Source of the DNA: Dicyema japonicum
Lineage: Eukaryota > Animalia > Dicyemida
Reading direction: 5' to 3'
Assembly (NCBI GenBank): GCA_011109175.1
Contig: RDEW01000041.1
Location: forward strand, 124,001 to 188,000
Length of the DNA: 64,000 nt
Position 1 is the stretch's first letter. The number at the start of each line of letters is the position of its first letter. Below are positions 38,240 through 50,984 of this stretch, piece by piece. The notes under the pieces were generated by a model. The model was not told the DNA's origin and did not search any database. It worked only from the letters and a program-made list of their open reading frames with translations. The position numbers were made by a program, and so were the translations under genes.

Positions 38240-41130
38240 CCCTCGGATGGCATCGTTTCATAAGGTTTCCGCGTTTACGCTCACTTAGTTGAACTACTCC
38301 ACACAGTCCACGGCCGAATTTATAACTGGGTAAATATAGTTTCTCCTTATTGGCTGCCAGCACATAAACATGGATTCTCTGAGTACTCCACGGATAATAC
38401 ATTAACCTCATCATAAAGAACAACTACCGAAACGTTATATTGATGTTGTCCATTCTTTTTTAAATATACGATTGAATTTGGAATAATTATTTTTTAATTT
38501 TGTTTAAAAAAAACATACATTATAAATGCTATAAGTGCTATTTTTAATTTTAAATGCTAATTTTTGTTTAACTGCTAATTTAAATTGCAGTTAATAATGT
38601 GTTTACAGATTCCGAAATTCGCGGAGCACTCCTTCGGCTGAATAACAACAGAGCAGCTGGCTATGACACTATTTGTGGGGAGTTGTTAAAATACGCACCA
38701 ACCCAGCTAGCAGAAAAGATAACTTTCAGATTCAACGAGATATTCAGGACTCATTGTTTAATTGACATCGCGATGGGAGTTCTACTTCCTTTACAAAAAC
38801 CTGCAAACTTGCAGGTCCAATTGAAAATTTCAAGCCGATCGTGCTTTTGACCACTTTGCGAAAAACATTGTCGATTACAACATGTTTTTCGAAAAGATGT
38901 GGAGCATTTGGACTCGCAGAAAACTTATCTCCTTAAATCTTCGGATGTGCTTATATAGCGCGTTCATACAACCAGTCCTATTATATAACTCGGAACATGG
39001 GAACATCAAAAACGGACCGTGACTGACTAGACACATTTCATAGAAATCAATTGAGAAAAATTGCGGGAATTAAATGGCCACAGATTATCAAAAAAGACAC
39101 TCTCTACAAATTATGTAAATGCAAACCGATAAGCAGAGAAGTAATTACCTCACGCTGGCGACTTATCGGACATGTTCTGAGAATGGACGAAGTGATTCCT
39201 TGCAATCAAATGATGGAAGATTACTATTATACAAGGACTACATTTTGATAATGACAAGGCAAATATCAAAAATTATATAAATAAAAGAATGGAGGAAAAT
39301 GGATTTAAACTTATTATTGAAATGACTAAACCAAAAATTAGCCAACAATATTATTTTTCTCTTTCACGCTGTCAGGCATCCTATGCATCTGTTGAAAGAG
39401 CTATTAAAATGCTAAAAAATATTTTAAAAAAAGATAGGAACTTCCATCCAGACAATATCAGGCATTAACTTTTATTATATTACAATAAATAAAATTTAAA
39501 TGTTATATTTTATTATTTTAAGTTATAGATTTGACAAATTTAAATGCTAGATTTTATCATTTTAAGTGCTAACTTTTTTAATTATAATTGCTAGATTTTG
39601 TGATTTTTTAGCGCTAAAAAAATTTTTTTAAGTGCTAGAAACAACTTGCCCTACTCATCATACTCTTTGGGTTCAAACTCCACAACACCAATGTAGTAGT
39701 TTAGCAGGGAGATATCATACTCATTTAATGCTAAGAACAACTACCGAAACGTTATATTGATGTTGTCCATTCTTTTATTTTTGTTATTTCGGGTTTGTCC
39801 CGGTTTATGATTAGGAACTATTCACCCGATTTGTCCGGTGTATTTTTCAGTGTAGATCCACAGGTGGCATATTTATATCTTTGAGCTGTTGCACACCGCC
39901 ACCTATGGCTCCACAGAATGCCCACTGTCGACCTTACTCCACGAAATCCGATATGGCTTGCCTACAGGTATTTTCCCGCGGGATGTTTTAAGTGGTTCTA
40001 AGCAACAGATGCAGGAACTTTGTGTAATGTGCTTAACAATGTGACTAGACGTAGTCTCTCTAGTGGTCCTTTTGATTTGTTAGGATTTTGTATAGGTGTC
40101 GATACCCCATTTTCCAGGGGGTAGGCCTAGTTGGATGTAAACATTCCATTAAATAATGTCGCAATCGTTTCGAAGAGACGCATAGGTTCATATTTCAGCA
40201 GTTCCGGGGAGATACTATCCGATCCAGCGTTCCTGTGATTCTTTAGTTTATTTCACGCACTCTGGACTTCTTTAGATGTGATAATTATTTCCAGCATCAA
40301 CGGTTCTCCAATGAAAGGGCCCAGCTCATAGCTGTTCGCATTGAGCAGTTTTTCAAAATGAGAAGCAATCAATACGACCTGTTCGTCTGCATTTGAGATA
40401 TGTTTCCCCTTTTCCATCCATAATATACACTGTCGTTTTTTTCTTTCCTCGCATTAGTCTGACCACAGCGAACATTTGTGCATTGTCCTTTAGTTGCTCA
40501 AGCTCATTTAAACGTGCATTATTAAGCCTCGTAATTATTTTATTGATAATATTTCTTTCAGCTCAAAGTTTGTCTTTGATGTGCATACCCGTGTATACAT
40601 ATTTCTCGCTGATGTGAGCCAGTGACATGTTTCCGGCTGTCCGCTGTCTCACTCTATAATGGATTTTTGCAGTAATACAAATAATGCTTTTATTCTTCCT
40701 CCATAGGTCTTGTATAGTCATTCCCAGCAGCGTCTGAGACCAGAGCTTCTCAGAATATATGCATGGGTATGGTAAGGTGGCGGCTTTTGCTTAGGTTTGG
40801 GTTCTTCTTGGCAGAACTTGCTGTTATGGTCACTATTTATCATCCATCCACCGTAAGAACGGGAATCATGCAGTCTGGGTTTGTCCTTAGTCCGACAAAT
40901 GATGTAGTCAATTTGATTGTATATATACTGACACTTTCGTTTTGATCTCGTGACGACTGACTATATAAAGGCAGTGTTTCCTAGGAAGAGATCACAGAAA
41001 CTGGCCAGTTGTGTTCCCGGAATGTTTCTTACCCGTCCATGTCTGACAATGAAAGATTATTCTCCATTACATCGTATCCCAACTTTTGCGTTAAAGTCTT
41101 CGAGTAAGTTTCATATATCAGCCATAAAGT
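38240..41130 (-). mobile_element. RTE-like LINE, decayed, interrupted by a hAT remnant (38415-39653) that itself holds an RTE fragment (38598-39250, +)
   Basis: YNQIDYIICR..DSRSYGG..SDH and NAGSDSISPELL; hAT end ..ACAACTTGCCCTA with 8-bp TSD CTCATCAT (38407-414 and 39654-661); nested RAAGYDTICGELLKY and RWRLIGHVLRM. Confidence 0.75.
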
Positions 41131-41293
41131 TTCATCTTCTAGCTCAACCAAAAAGCAGTTGTCCTAGGAAATAACTGAAAACACTGTAGAAGAGTTGAAT
41201 TCCGAAGATGACCTACAATTAAGGAGGAGTGCGGATGAGTGCGACATCCAAAATTGTGTCTTTGCTGTTTACGTGGAGCTATAGTATTATGAC

Positions 41294-43863
41294 TAGGGCG
41301 ATTTTTTTAACCGAAAAAATGTAACTTTATTAACCTAAAAACTAAAAAAATTAACCCAAAAATTTAACTTTATAACTAAACAATAAAAACACTAAAACTT
41401 TTTGTTACACATACAAATTACATAATTTTCTAAATTTCTGGTAGAAAATTTCGGTTGGATCTTAGAAAACTCTTTATTTGAGAGAAAATTCTTTCAACTG
41501 AGCACGAGGTCGACTGACAATTCATGAGTAATGAATACTCGGCAGGAGATATGTGAATTAGTCATTTTCATTATGTTTGAAATATCATTTTTTGAAGCCT
41601 TTTATTTATGTATTCTTTAATAAATTTGTTGTCATTTCCAAATTCCAACGATTCTAAACTATCATATGCTTGTTCAATTGTGGAGCGTGTACTTTGGTAA
41701 TAATATCTGCAATAGCGACATTATTCGGAAACTCGGAATGTTCAATATCTTCGGATAAGATCACATAGACTGCTAACTAACAGGTGGTTTTTGAGACTTT
41801 GTTTAGCTGTTCGAACTAGATATTCATCAAATATTTTGAACTCCGATCAGATTTTCTGAATAGTATATAGCGGCCTTAAGCCAGGTCCCCCATCTTGTCA
41901 AATGCACACGAGGTGGAATGGCGATGTTTTTGAATATTCGTTTTCTTCTACTGTTCTTGTTAATTGCTGCTTGTACAGTAGCTATCATCAAATCAATTTC
42001 CGGATAAGAGTCTCTTATTTTCTCACAACAATTGTGTAATGATGAACGGCACATGTGACATGGAATAACTTGGGGTAAAGATTATTAAGTGTTTTGCCAG
42101 CTAAAACATAAAATTTTACCTGATTTCATATAATTTGCAGCATCCGAAATTAACAAAAGGAAAATTTCCCTTTGAACCAAACTATTTCTAAGTACATCGT
42201 CGACTATCTGAATAATGATGTTCTTGTTAGGAGCAGATTCTATCGCCTTAAACGATATCAGATATGTTGTTTCGGGAAAATTTAATGATCCGATCATCAC
42301 AGCAATGTATCTTTGGTCCCGGATTTTTGTTTCATCCGTATTAGCAAAAACTTTTTGATTGCTACAAAATAAAGTAAATTTTTATACACAAGTTTTTGTT
42401 AAATTAACAATTTTTGATCCATTATGATTTGATCCACACAGCTTCAAGGTTTTGATGGTGAGGGAACTCGTACAGAGCCTCCGTAAAACAATTCTCTAAG
42501 CCACGGCATAGATAGTTTGTTTAGTGGAATATCAGATTCTATAAATGCTCTGGTTACTTTTAGAGCCCAATCATCATTTTTGGAATATTGGTCAATGTGT
42601 GTTTGGGACGATTCGGTCAGATTATCTACAAAAAATAATCGTTATTTCGCAAAACTCAATGAATTTTGATGTTTCTGTGAGGATCGATAAAAATTTACAA
42701 AATGTCTTTTCTCGCATTTAATATTACACAAACAGAGACGACAATATAATACACCATTCTCAAGAATAATACATTCTGTAGGATAATCCTTCACAATGGC
42801 CTTAGCTATAATTTGGTACAATTTTGCTATCTTAAGCATGTCAGTTATAAATTTTAGTGGCAAAATATATTACAGGGTTTTCCGATTTATTTAATAACTT
42901 TGTCATAAAATTTAATAACTTTGTCAAAATATCTAATAACTTTGTCATAAAATTTAATAACTTTGTCAAAATATCTAATAACTTTGTCATAAAGTTTAAT
43001 AATTTGTCAATATTTAATAACTTTGTCAAAATGTTTAATAACTTTGTCAAAATACTTAATAACTTTAAGAAGATGCTAATAAAAATTGAAGAAGATGCTT
43101 CATTTACGCTGAAGAATTTACAAAATTCTTTATTTGATGTGAAAAGAAAAAATGTCTCTCAATCGACAATAAATAGGACGCTAGAGACATTTGGATATAG
43201 TTTAAAAAAATCAATTTGTACCTATGGCGAGAAATTCTACAATAAATATGGAAGAAAGATATAGATCTGCCAGAAAAAATTGAAGTTGATAATCAACGGC
43301 TTATTTTTATAGACGAAATGGGAGTCAATTGTTTGATGAGATCCAAATTTGGAAGATCTATAAAAGGAGTTACTTCGAAAAAATGTACTAGAAACATCCA
43401 AACATCGGAGAAATTTCATCGATGAATTAATAAACGCAATCCAAAACATCGGAGAAATTTCATAAGATGTGTGCAATAATTTTTGTATAGCCACATGCGA
43501 GATATTTAGTTAAAGCACTGGCTTATGAAGAATTTTAATTTATAGTTGTTTTTTTCAATTAATTATAAAATTGGTTTCTTTTAATTTGACCCTTTACAAA
43601 GTTATTAAGTATTTTGACAAAGTTATTAAACATTTTGACAAAGTTATTAAATATTTTGACAAATTATTAAACATTTTGACAAAGTTATTAAATTTTATGA
43701 CAAAGTTATTAAATTTTATGACAAAGTTATTAAATTTTTTTGACAAAGTTATTAAATTTTATGACAAAGTTATTAAATAAATAGGAAAACCCTGTATTAA
43801 TAGTTAATTTAAAAAATTAATAAATTAAATCAAAAATTATAAGGTTAAAATAATTTTAACCTT
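41294..43863 (-). mobile_element. hAT of the CGGBP1/DUF659-like group with at least 3 micro-introns, inserted in a LINE 3' tail
   Basis: 8-bp TSD ATTATGAC (41286-293 and 43864-871); TAGGGC terminus; zinc finger LYCRLC..H....KH, IPLNKL, DET, SDAANYM..AG..L..LYPKLFHVTC, TRWGTWLKAAIYY and CSVER; introns 42655-42626, ~42389-42362 and 42119-42101. Confidence 0.88.
42873..43794 (+). mobile_element. IS630/Tc1-like element with ~200-bp TIRs built from 21-bp tandem arrays
   Basis: TA TSD; CAGGGTTTTCC...GGAAAACCCTG; about 8-9 units of TTTAATAACTTTGTCA(A/T)AA(T/A)A per arm; internal transposase remnants FTLKNLQ..VSQSTINRTL..GYSLKK and FFIDEMG. Confidence 0.92.
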
Positions 43864-43979
43864 ATTATGACTCTCATAATGTGCTATTTAGCTCATTTTA
43901 ATTTAATTATGTCCATGGGATTTGAGTAAACGGATTGTCTCGGATTTGAGTTAACGGATAATAGAAAATATGTAAATCC

Positions 43980-44400
43980 AAGACAGATCTCTGAATTCGA
44001 CCCATTCTACCAGACAAAAAACGTTAGCAATTTCTGCAAAATTGGTGAGATTTCGATGAAATAATCTTTTGAAAAGCACGTGTAGCAAGGTTTTATCAAA
44101 ATCTTTGTTTATGTCGATTTTCGAAGATCCTGGATCACATGGATCCTTGTTTAGTTTCCGAATAGGAATGACTGCTGACTGTTTCCGCTGAACAAGGATA
44201 AATCTGGAATTTTAAAATTCCCGTAAGGTCTCTTAGCCCCTCTGGGCCTGGATTCGGAAATCTTCATATTAAGGTATAAAGTTTTTTGCAGAAAAGTGTC
44301 TCAGAGGTATTGCTTCTTTTCATAATCCGTTTTTTATCAGGGCTATGATATCACTACTGAGAAACGGCCAGCACAGGGATACCCTACTTGAAATGGATTT
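43980..44400 (-). mobile_element. LINE RT fragment
   Basis: KQSAVIPIRKLNKDPCDP..IDINKDFD..LSGR. Confidence 0.55.
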
Positions 44401-44817
44401 TCGATCAACAAAAATTATAATGGAATTAAAAAATGTCAGAGCAATCAAATTAAAATTTGTTACAGAAAAATCTTTGAAGTGAGATTACTAGTGGAAATAA
44501 AAATCAATTTTTATAAGATTAACCTAAAGATGTAGAGGACCTTGTTGAAATGTTTTAAATACCCATTAATTCAATTTTTATAAGATTTAAAAAAGATAAC
44601 TTTTTACCTAAAATGTCGAGGACCTTGGTAAGACTACCTTTCGCTAGAAAATTAAATAATAATAATTAGTATTATTGCCCAGGACAACTGGGTTAAAGGG
44701 AAAGAATATCCCAAGAAAATTCAATAAATTTAATTATTACAAATTAATTTATTTTTTTTAAAAATCATGAAATATTTTATTTGAAAATTAATTATAAATT
44801 CAACATCCTGTTAGAAA

Positions 44818-47152
44818 ATGGAAATACCTTCATTATATGCTCATTGCATTAAAACTATTCAAAAATACATTAATGGGAAAAAATATCAAGAATTGAGCGA
44901 AAAAACTAAAAAAATGATTTCTAAAAGATTATTAGAAGAACCGAGTTATTTAGAAAATCTATTTGCCGATGAAAATCCAAGTGAACAATATTCACGTATA
45001 TACAAGATTCCAGATGTAGTACATAAGAATATTTTCTACGTTAAATTGACAAAGCAAAGAGTTGACATTAAAGATGTTGTCAAGATGATTCATGTTTATC
45101 CGAATTTGTCGAATATTCAAATATGGGAAATAACTTCATCAGAAAAGCATCCTTTACTACCATTCTCACCCAATAACGTCAAATCATTCACACTTCTTGA
45201 ATATAATAACCCAGATTTGCTACATTCCCTATTTATGACTGGATTTAACAAAATAACATTCCTTGAACTTCTTCATGGCAAATAAAAAGTGTCAACAATC
45301 TTTAAAAAATAGACATTGAAATATGGAAAAACGGAACACATAAAATTATCCAACATATGATTATCAACTTTGAAGAATTTGTGGCAAACTTAAACAGTCC
45401 AGAGTCCTTGTGGTTTGTTTTTTTATAATCCAGTTATTTTGCACTCGTGAATACTGAAGTTTTTTAATCTTAAAATATTTTTTGTGAATGAGATTTGTTG
45501 TATCCTCGAAAAAGCAAAGAACCTTACTTTCTAGATTTATCAATGACTATGATCGACGTATCAAGACTCACAGAGTAATTTATTTTAGTAATCATAGCCA
45601 AATGCCGAAATACGGATTGAACAAATTTCAGGATGGAAAAACCTTATTTTTTAATAAAGATATAAACGAATTGGTAAATTTGAGAAAATAATATAGAATG
45701 ATCGAGAATCGGCATTAAATAACTTAGTCAGGTCTGTAACTACCAATCTATTGGATGAAACCATCTATAGGTTTCGCAATAAGAAAATTCGAAGTAACTT
45801 TTTAAATCGATTTTTGAGAGTATTTTAAAATATTAATATAGATTATCTATTATGAATATAATGTTGAATCCCATAAATATGCAAGTTATACTCTGTAATT
45901 TGTTATCTAACTCCAGATATATTCTATATCACACTATCCAAACGCATCACATTTCGTATTTTACTCGTCGGTATGAGTTGATTTTATTCGTAGTTTAATT
46001 TATGACATTTTTCTCAATGTCATTATGTTTTGCATATGTGATAGAGAATTGGTATTTGAAATTTTAAATTTGTAGGATATTGCTCCTGATTGTTTAGAGT
46101 TATTAATCTTTTTAAAACCATGGGAGACGCCAATTTTCGTTGGTTAATTATTCATTTTAGTTCAATGCGTTTTCATGCATGTTAATTGCAATAGCCACAT
46201 CTCCCGACTTTGATTATTATATATTTAGAAATTGTCGAAGTATCATGAAAAGTTTAAGTGTCGAATTTCTAACTTATTTTGGGCATTCTGGACTCATCAA
46301 AGTTTAAAAATTGTATTTTTAGTACTGCCTTCAATGCATCAGAACATTAGCTATCGAATTTGATGGGTTCCTAGGTATGTTGAGCTGGCTATTAGGTATT
46401 TAAAATATTTTTAGTTAGACGAAAATGAATTGAATGTGAATTTGTTTATTGATTTTGGCGGACTTGGGGTTATTTGTCATATTTTCGAAAGATACCCGTT
46501 CACACATTCCGACATAAAAATGATGCTGGCACTACTTGAGATTACGGAAAGTCTAGCTAAATTTTCGAAATCTAGACGTTTACTGGGGGCTTCTAGATTG
46601 ATAGAATTATTAATGTAAACTTGCAAATTATTAAAAGGAATCCTACTTACGACGATTGGGATTTTTATCTGCCCTATAAAATCAGGAGCTGTATGTGTCT
46701 TGTATTGAGTGATTCGCATATTTCCCTTACATTTATAAATTTACATATAGGTGATATGAGTCCCCGAGAAATGATTCTAGATAAAATTTTTCAATTTATA
46801 ATTATGTATCCTTATGAAGCCTGTCGTGATAAAGAGATAAGGTTATTCAAATTTTACTATCAAGGTCATTTATGTCAACAGTAAATCTATTATGCGTAAA
46901 CACAGATGAGCGAATTTGGCTTTGGGCTGTGTGGGAACTTGCTAATTTAACCACTACATCTTGTTAATCTTAATTTTATAATAGCAAATATATTTATGCT
47001 CAAATTGATGAAGTATGACATTATTCAGAAAATTAGTAATGTATGTTCACAATCCAATATGAAAGAGATCCATAACTATGCTTTGATTTTTAAAAGAAAT
47101 TACAATGTTGCTATTTTTATAATTTTAGAATTTCATTGAAAGTCAATGCTAG
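44818..47152 (+). CDS. Divergent ZER1/ZYG11-like protein (BC-box-like start, LRRs, ARM-like C-terminus); many micro-introns; exon structure only partly resolved, possibly a pseudogene
   Basis: IPSLYAHCIK start, LRR-like ILEKAKNLT(F)LDLS, NVNLFIDFGGLGVICHIFERYP..MLALL and WLWAVWELANLT resemble ZER1/ZYG11 ARM-region motifs. Confidence 0.6.
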
Positions 47153-47819
47153 GCTCCGCATTCTTTAGTTAACTTATTTCTTATTAACAAATAACTAATA
47201 ATTTTCACTGGTTTTATTTTTGACCGGAATTCTCAAATTATAAAAGATATCAGAGACCTATAATTTCATCTCACCGTTAGCGTTATCGTAATAATTATTA
47301 TTAATACGCCAAAAATCACCAGGTAAACTGATTAAAAGAAAACGCCATATGTGCATCTGCAGTGTTGAGACGCTCAAAAAATTTTCGAGAAAAAAAGAAA
47401 TTTTTATAAAAATAATGTTAAAAATTAAATAATTGTGTTTTAAGATAAATTAAAAAAGTATTTGGTAGATTTATAAATTTTTCGATAGATTAAATATTCA
47501 ACAGTCCAGATTATATAATGAAAATTTTTAAACTTAAAAAAATGTCAGTTCAGATCGGCGAGGTCAATGCTCAAAATACAAAAAAATATTTTCAGAAAAC
47601 ATTTCATTGGGAGAAATTATTAATAATAAAAAATAAAACTTATAGTTTTTTTTGAAAATATCAATTATAAAATATGATTTTAGTGGAATTAACACGAAAG
47701 CAATTGAAAATTTAAGATTTTCAGTCAATCGGGACAGCACGGTGAATTCATTGACTAGAGAGAAAAGGCAAAAATGATATTTTCCGAATCCTGAATGGAA
47801 TTTTTTTGCATTTTGAAAG

Positions 47820-48092
47820 GATATTTTCCATACAATATTGCCATCGAAGACTACTACTCCTCCCATATAAAACGTTTTGTGGAAGACCAAGAACAACCCT
47901 CCCAGTCGTTCTACAAGGCAATCTGAGTGACACAAAGAAAACACTAGTATCTGCTGATGACCTGAACACATTTAGGGATCTGTCTAAGAACAGAAAAGCC
48001 TGGAATAAGCTAACTCTATCTCTGGTCTTTTTTGCTGCACATGCGGGGCTATAAATATTATGGCTCTCGTGAAAGTGCTATTAATAATAATA
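47820..48092 (+). mobile_element. RTE-like LINE 3' end (donor of the SINE family 1 tail)
   Basis: GRPRTTLPVVL..LSKNRKAW C-terminus followed by a short 3' UTR and TAA tail; a related tail at ~41200-41293 resumes at 43864. Confidence 0.8.
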
Positions 48093-48838
48093 TAAAAATC
48101 TAAAGGATTTCTTTTTTTAACGTTCAATGTCAGAGGACTCTCTAGTGCATGGAAAAAATAGAACTTTGTGAAGACGTTTCAAAATATAAGATATCAATCG
48201 GATGTCTCCAGAGACAAAAATATCGAAGGAGTTTGAAGAACAACACGCAAGTTTAAGTTAATCTTACTCTCTGGGGGATCAAAACATTAGGACTAGGATT
48301 CTCTGTAAGAAAGGACCTAGTTCAGCGCATATACCGTTAATAAAAAAGACCGCAATATTGTCACTGATGCCCGTGATTGTGGAGGGTCTATAATTGACAG
48401 TGATCACAAGATGGTGATTGCCAAAACGCGCTTAAATAAACTTATGGGTCTGCAAGGGATGAAAAGAAAGTGCAATGGACACACGGAACTGCGGGGGAAG
48501 GGATATGTTATAGGCCATCTAAAGAACAATACCATCCAAGGAGAGGAATTCAGAAAATATCTGGATTGGAAGAAATGTAAGTAGATTTGGCATTCCAAAT
48601 TGCGTGGACCTTGGTCAAACAGAAGATCATGATTGCTGCGGATCTATATAAAAGAGGACTACGTAACTAATACACCCACTGAAGAAATAACTGCTTTGAA
48701 ACTTCTTGCTAATCAACAAAAGGCGATATGGATACAATGTATAAATCACTGGTTCCCAAAGTGTGCCTGGAGGCATCCTAGGGTGCCTCATTTTGGATCC
48801 TGGGTGCCTCAAAAAAATAATGATATTTAAAAAAATTA

Positions 48839-49628
48839 CAGGGTTTTTATTCAAAGTGAAAACTTATTCACATCAATGTGAGAATCATTCACATCAAAGT
48901 GAGAATTATTTAAATTGACATTAAATAAGTTTTAATCTTCGTAATTGTTAATGTCTCGAAATTTTGTCTGATGATAATAGGCGTTTTATTATTAATATGT
49001 ATTCCAATGGATCCACAGCTAAGTCAATTAGCGAAAATATATGTATTTCTGCGAAAACTCTCTATCGAATTATTGGAGATTTCAAAAAAATTGGGAAAAT
49101 TGAAAGTAATCCAAAAGGCGGTCTTCGAAATATAAAAATCACTAAAGAAATTTTTCTGTTTATAAAGAATGAAGTATCGGATTCGTGTGATATTTCTTGT
49201 AAAGAAATATCCTCGAAAATATTTGCTAAATTTGGTTAAACGATCGGAACATAAGCGATCCATTATCATTTAGAAGGATTCAACTACTCTTTTAAAAAAA
49301 TTCAACTTCTTCCAGAACGAAGAATATCAAATGATGTGGATGCTTTACGTAAACAACATGCAAAAAAATTATTGGCACACTATCCAATACTCTAGAAAGC
49401 AAATTTTTTGTGGATGAAGTTCGATTATACTTCATGAAAATGATGGGTGAAATAAATAAATTAATCTAATCCCTAATTTTCATTCGATATATAAATTTTT
49501 GTTCATTTTTATACGAGTATTGTATCTTAACTAAAGAAATTCTCACTTTGATGTGAATAATTCTCACATTGATGTGAATGATTCTCACTTTGATGTGAAC
49601 AAGTTCTCACTTTGAATTGAAAACCCTG
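48839..49628 (+). mobile_element. IS630/Tc1-like element with 21-bp-repeat TIRs, internally deleted
   Basis: TA TSD; CAGGGTTTT...AAAACCCTG; 3-4 units of TCAAAGTGAGAATCATTCACA per arm; HTH ORF LSDDNRRFII..ISAKTLYRII..PKGG, then YSFKK and FVDE. Confidence 0.92.
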
Positions 49629-50835
49629 TAATTTAAATTAAATATTTTGTTATAATATTTTACGCCTACTTGAATTTCGCGTGTATTTTTTTCTTGTTGG
49701 TTGATAGTATTCCTATTAAAGTTTATAACTTTATTATTCCATTTCTAGAATAGAAAATATAAGAAAAAATGTCTTGCTTATGGATTTTGCCAGTTTGAGG
49801 ACGATTCGAAGAGAGCAGAGTGTATGATGTGCTACAAAATTATGTCAAAAGAGACGTTAGTACCATCTAAGCTCCATTGACATCTCGTTGTTCAGCACAA
49901 AGAATTGAAAAACAAAAAATACATCTTTTTTGAAAAAATGCTTGCTGCTTTTAGTAAATCGAAAGATTCAATGAAAAACTTCACAAAAGATGAAAATTTA
50001 AAAGCCACTGAAGCTTCCTATGAAGTTGACTATAACTTTTAATTTATCTTAGATAAGTTACCTTATTGCAAAAAATAGAAAAGCTTACACTATAGTGGAA
50101 TCTTTAATAAAACCTATTCTCAAAAATTTTATCTTGTTTATGTGGGGGTGATAATTCTCAAAAAATTAATTCAGTCTTCTAACAGCACTGTAAAATGACG
50201 CATTTATGATTTTTCCAATGACATTGAAAATTAATTAGTTTCCCGCTTAAAAAATCTGATTATTTTTCAATTCAGTTTGACAAATCAACTGATGTTGAAG
50301 GATTATCAATGTTATTAGTTTTGTTCGTTGTTTGTTTGATTTTACACTGCAACAAGATTTTTTATTTTGTAAATCTCTTGAAAAAACACAACTGGTCAAG
50401 AAATTTTCAACGCAATCGATGATATGATTTCTCCCCGAATTATGTAGGGAAAATTGTATTAATGTTTGCACTGTCGGTGCTCAAGCAATGATCGGGAAGT
50501 TTGCTGAAGACTGCTTATTAAAATATGAACATAAACTGGGATTGTTTCATTTTTGGTCTGAATGCAGTTGGAAATATGAAGAAAGGCAAAAAAGCAATAA
50601 CTTTTTTATTACCATTTTCGACTACCTACCGCAGCGAGTTCGGTTTTTCCTTATATTCCTCAACGAAAACAAAGTACAGGAAAAGTTTGAAGCTTCCTCA
50701 GATATAAGATTGCAACTATCCACATTGACCCCGGATATTAAAGGTCTCTGCAAGCAAAAAACAGTTACACCTTTCACATTAATTCTGTTGCCTTAATAAA
50801 TAAAATCAGAAATATTATTATTAATAAAAACAATT

Positions 50836-50984
50836 TTTTTTTTTTTTTTTTTTTTTTTTTGATTGGAATAGCCATACTCCGAGGGAACTCGTTCGCAATC
50901 CACTCAGCAGGCTTCCTCAACTGACATTTGTTTAATTGTTATATATTTGATATTAAAAAAAAAAAAAATAAAAAAATAAAAAAA
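50836..50984 (+). mobile_element. Extremely 5'-truncated CRE-like retro-insertion with 5' poly(T) and 3' poly(A)
   Basis: 13-bp TSD AATAAAAACAATT (50823-835 and 50985-997); encodes IGIAILRGNSFAIHSAGFLN*, similar to the CRE C-terminus at ~9410-9470. Confidence 0.8.

Noticed and set aside
42841-43780. Heptad-repeat ORFs (MTKLLNI.., FDKVIK..) and a CRISPR-like look of the 21-bp arrays
   Set aside because: The units are contiguous with no unique spacers, there are no cas genes, and the arrays form the inverted arms of a TA-flanked transposon. The ORFs are by-products of a 21-nt period.
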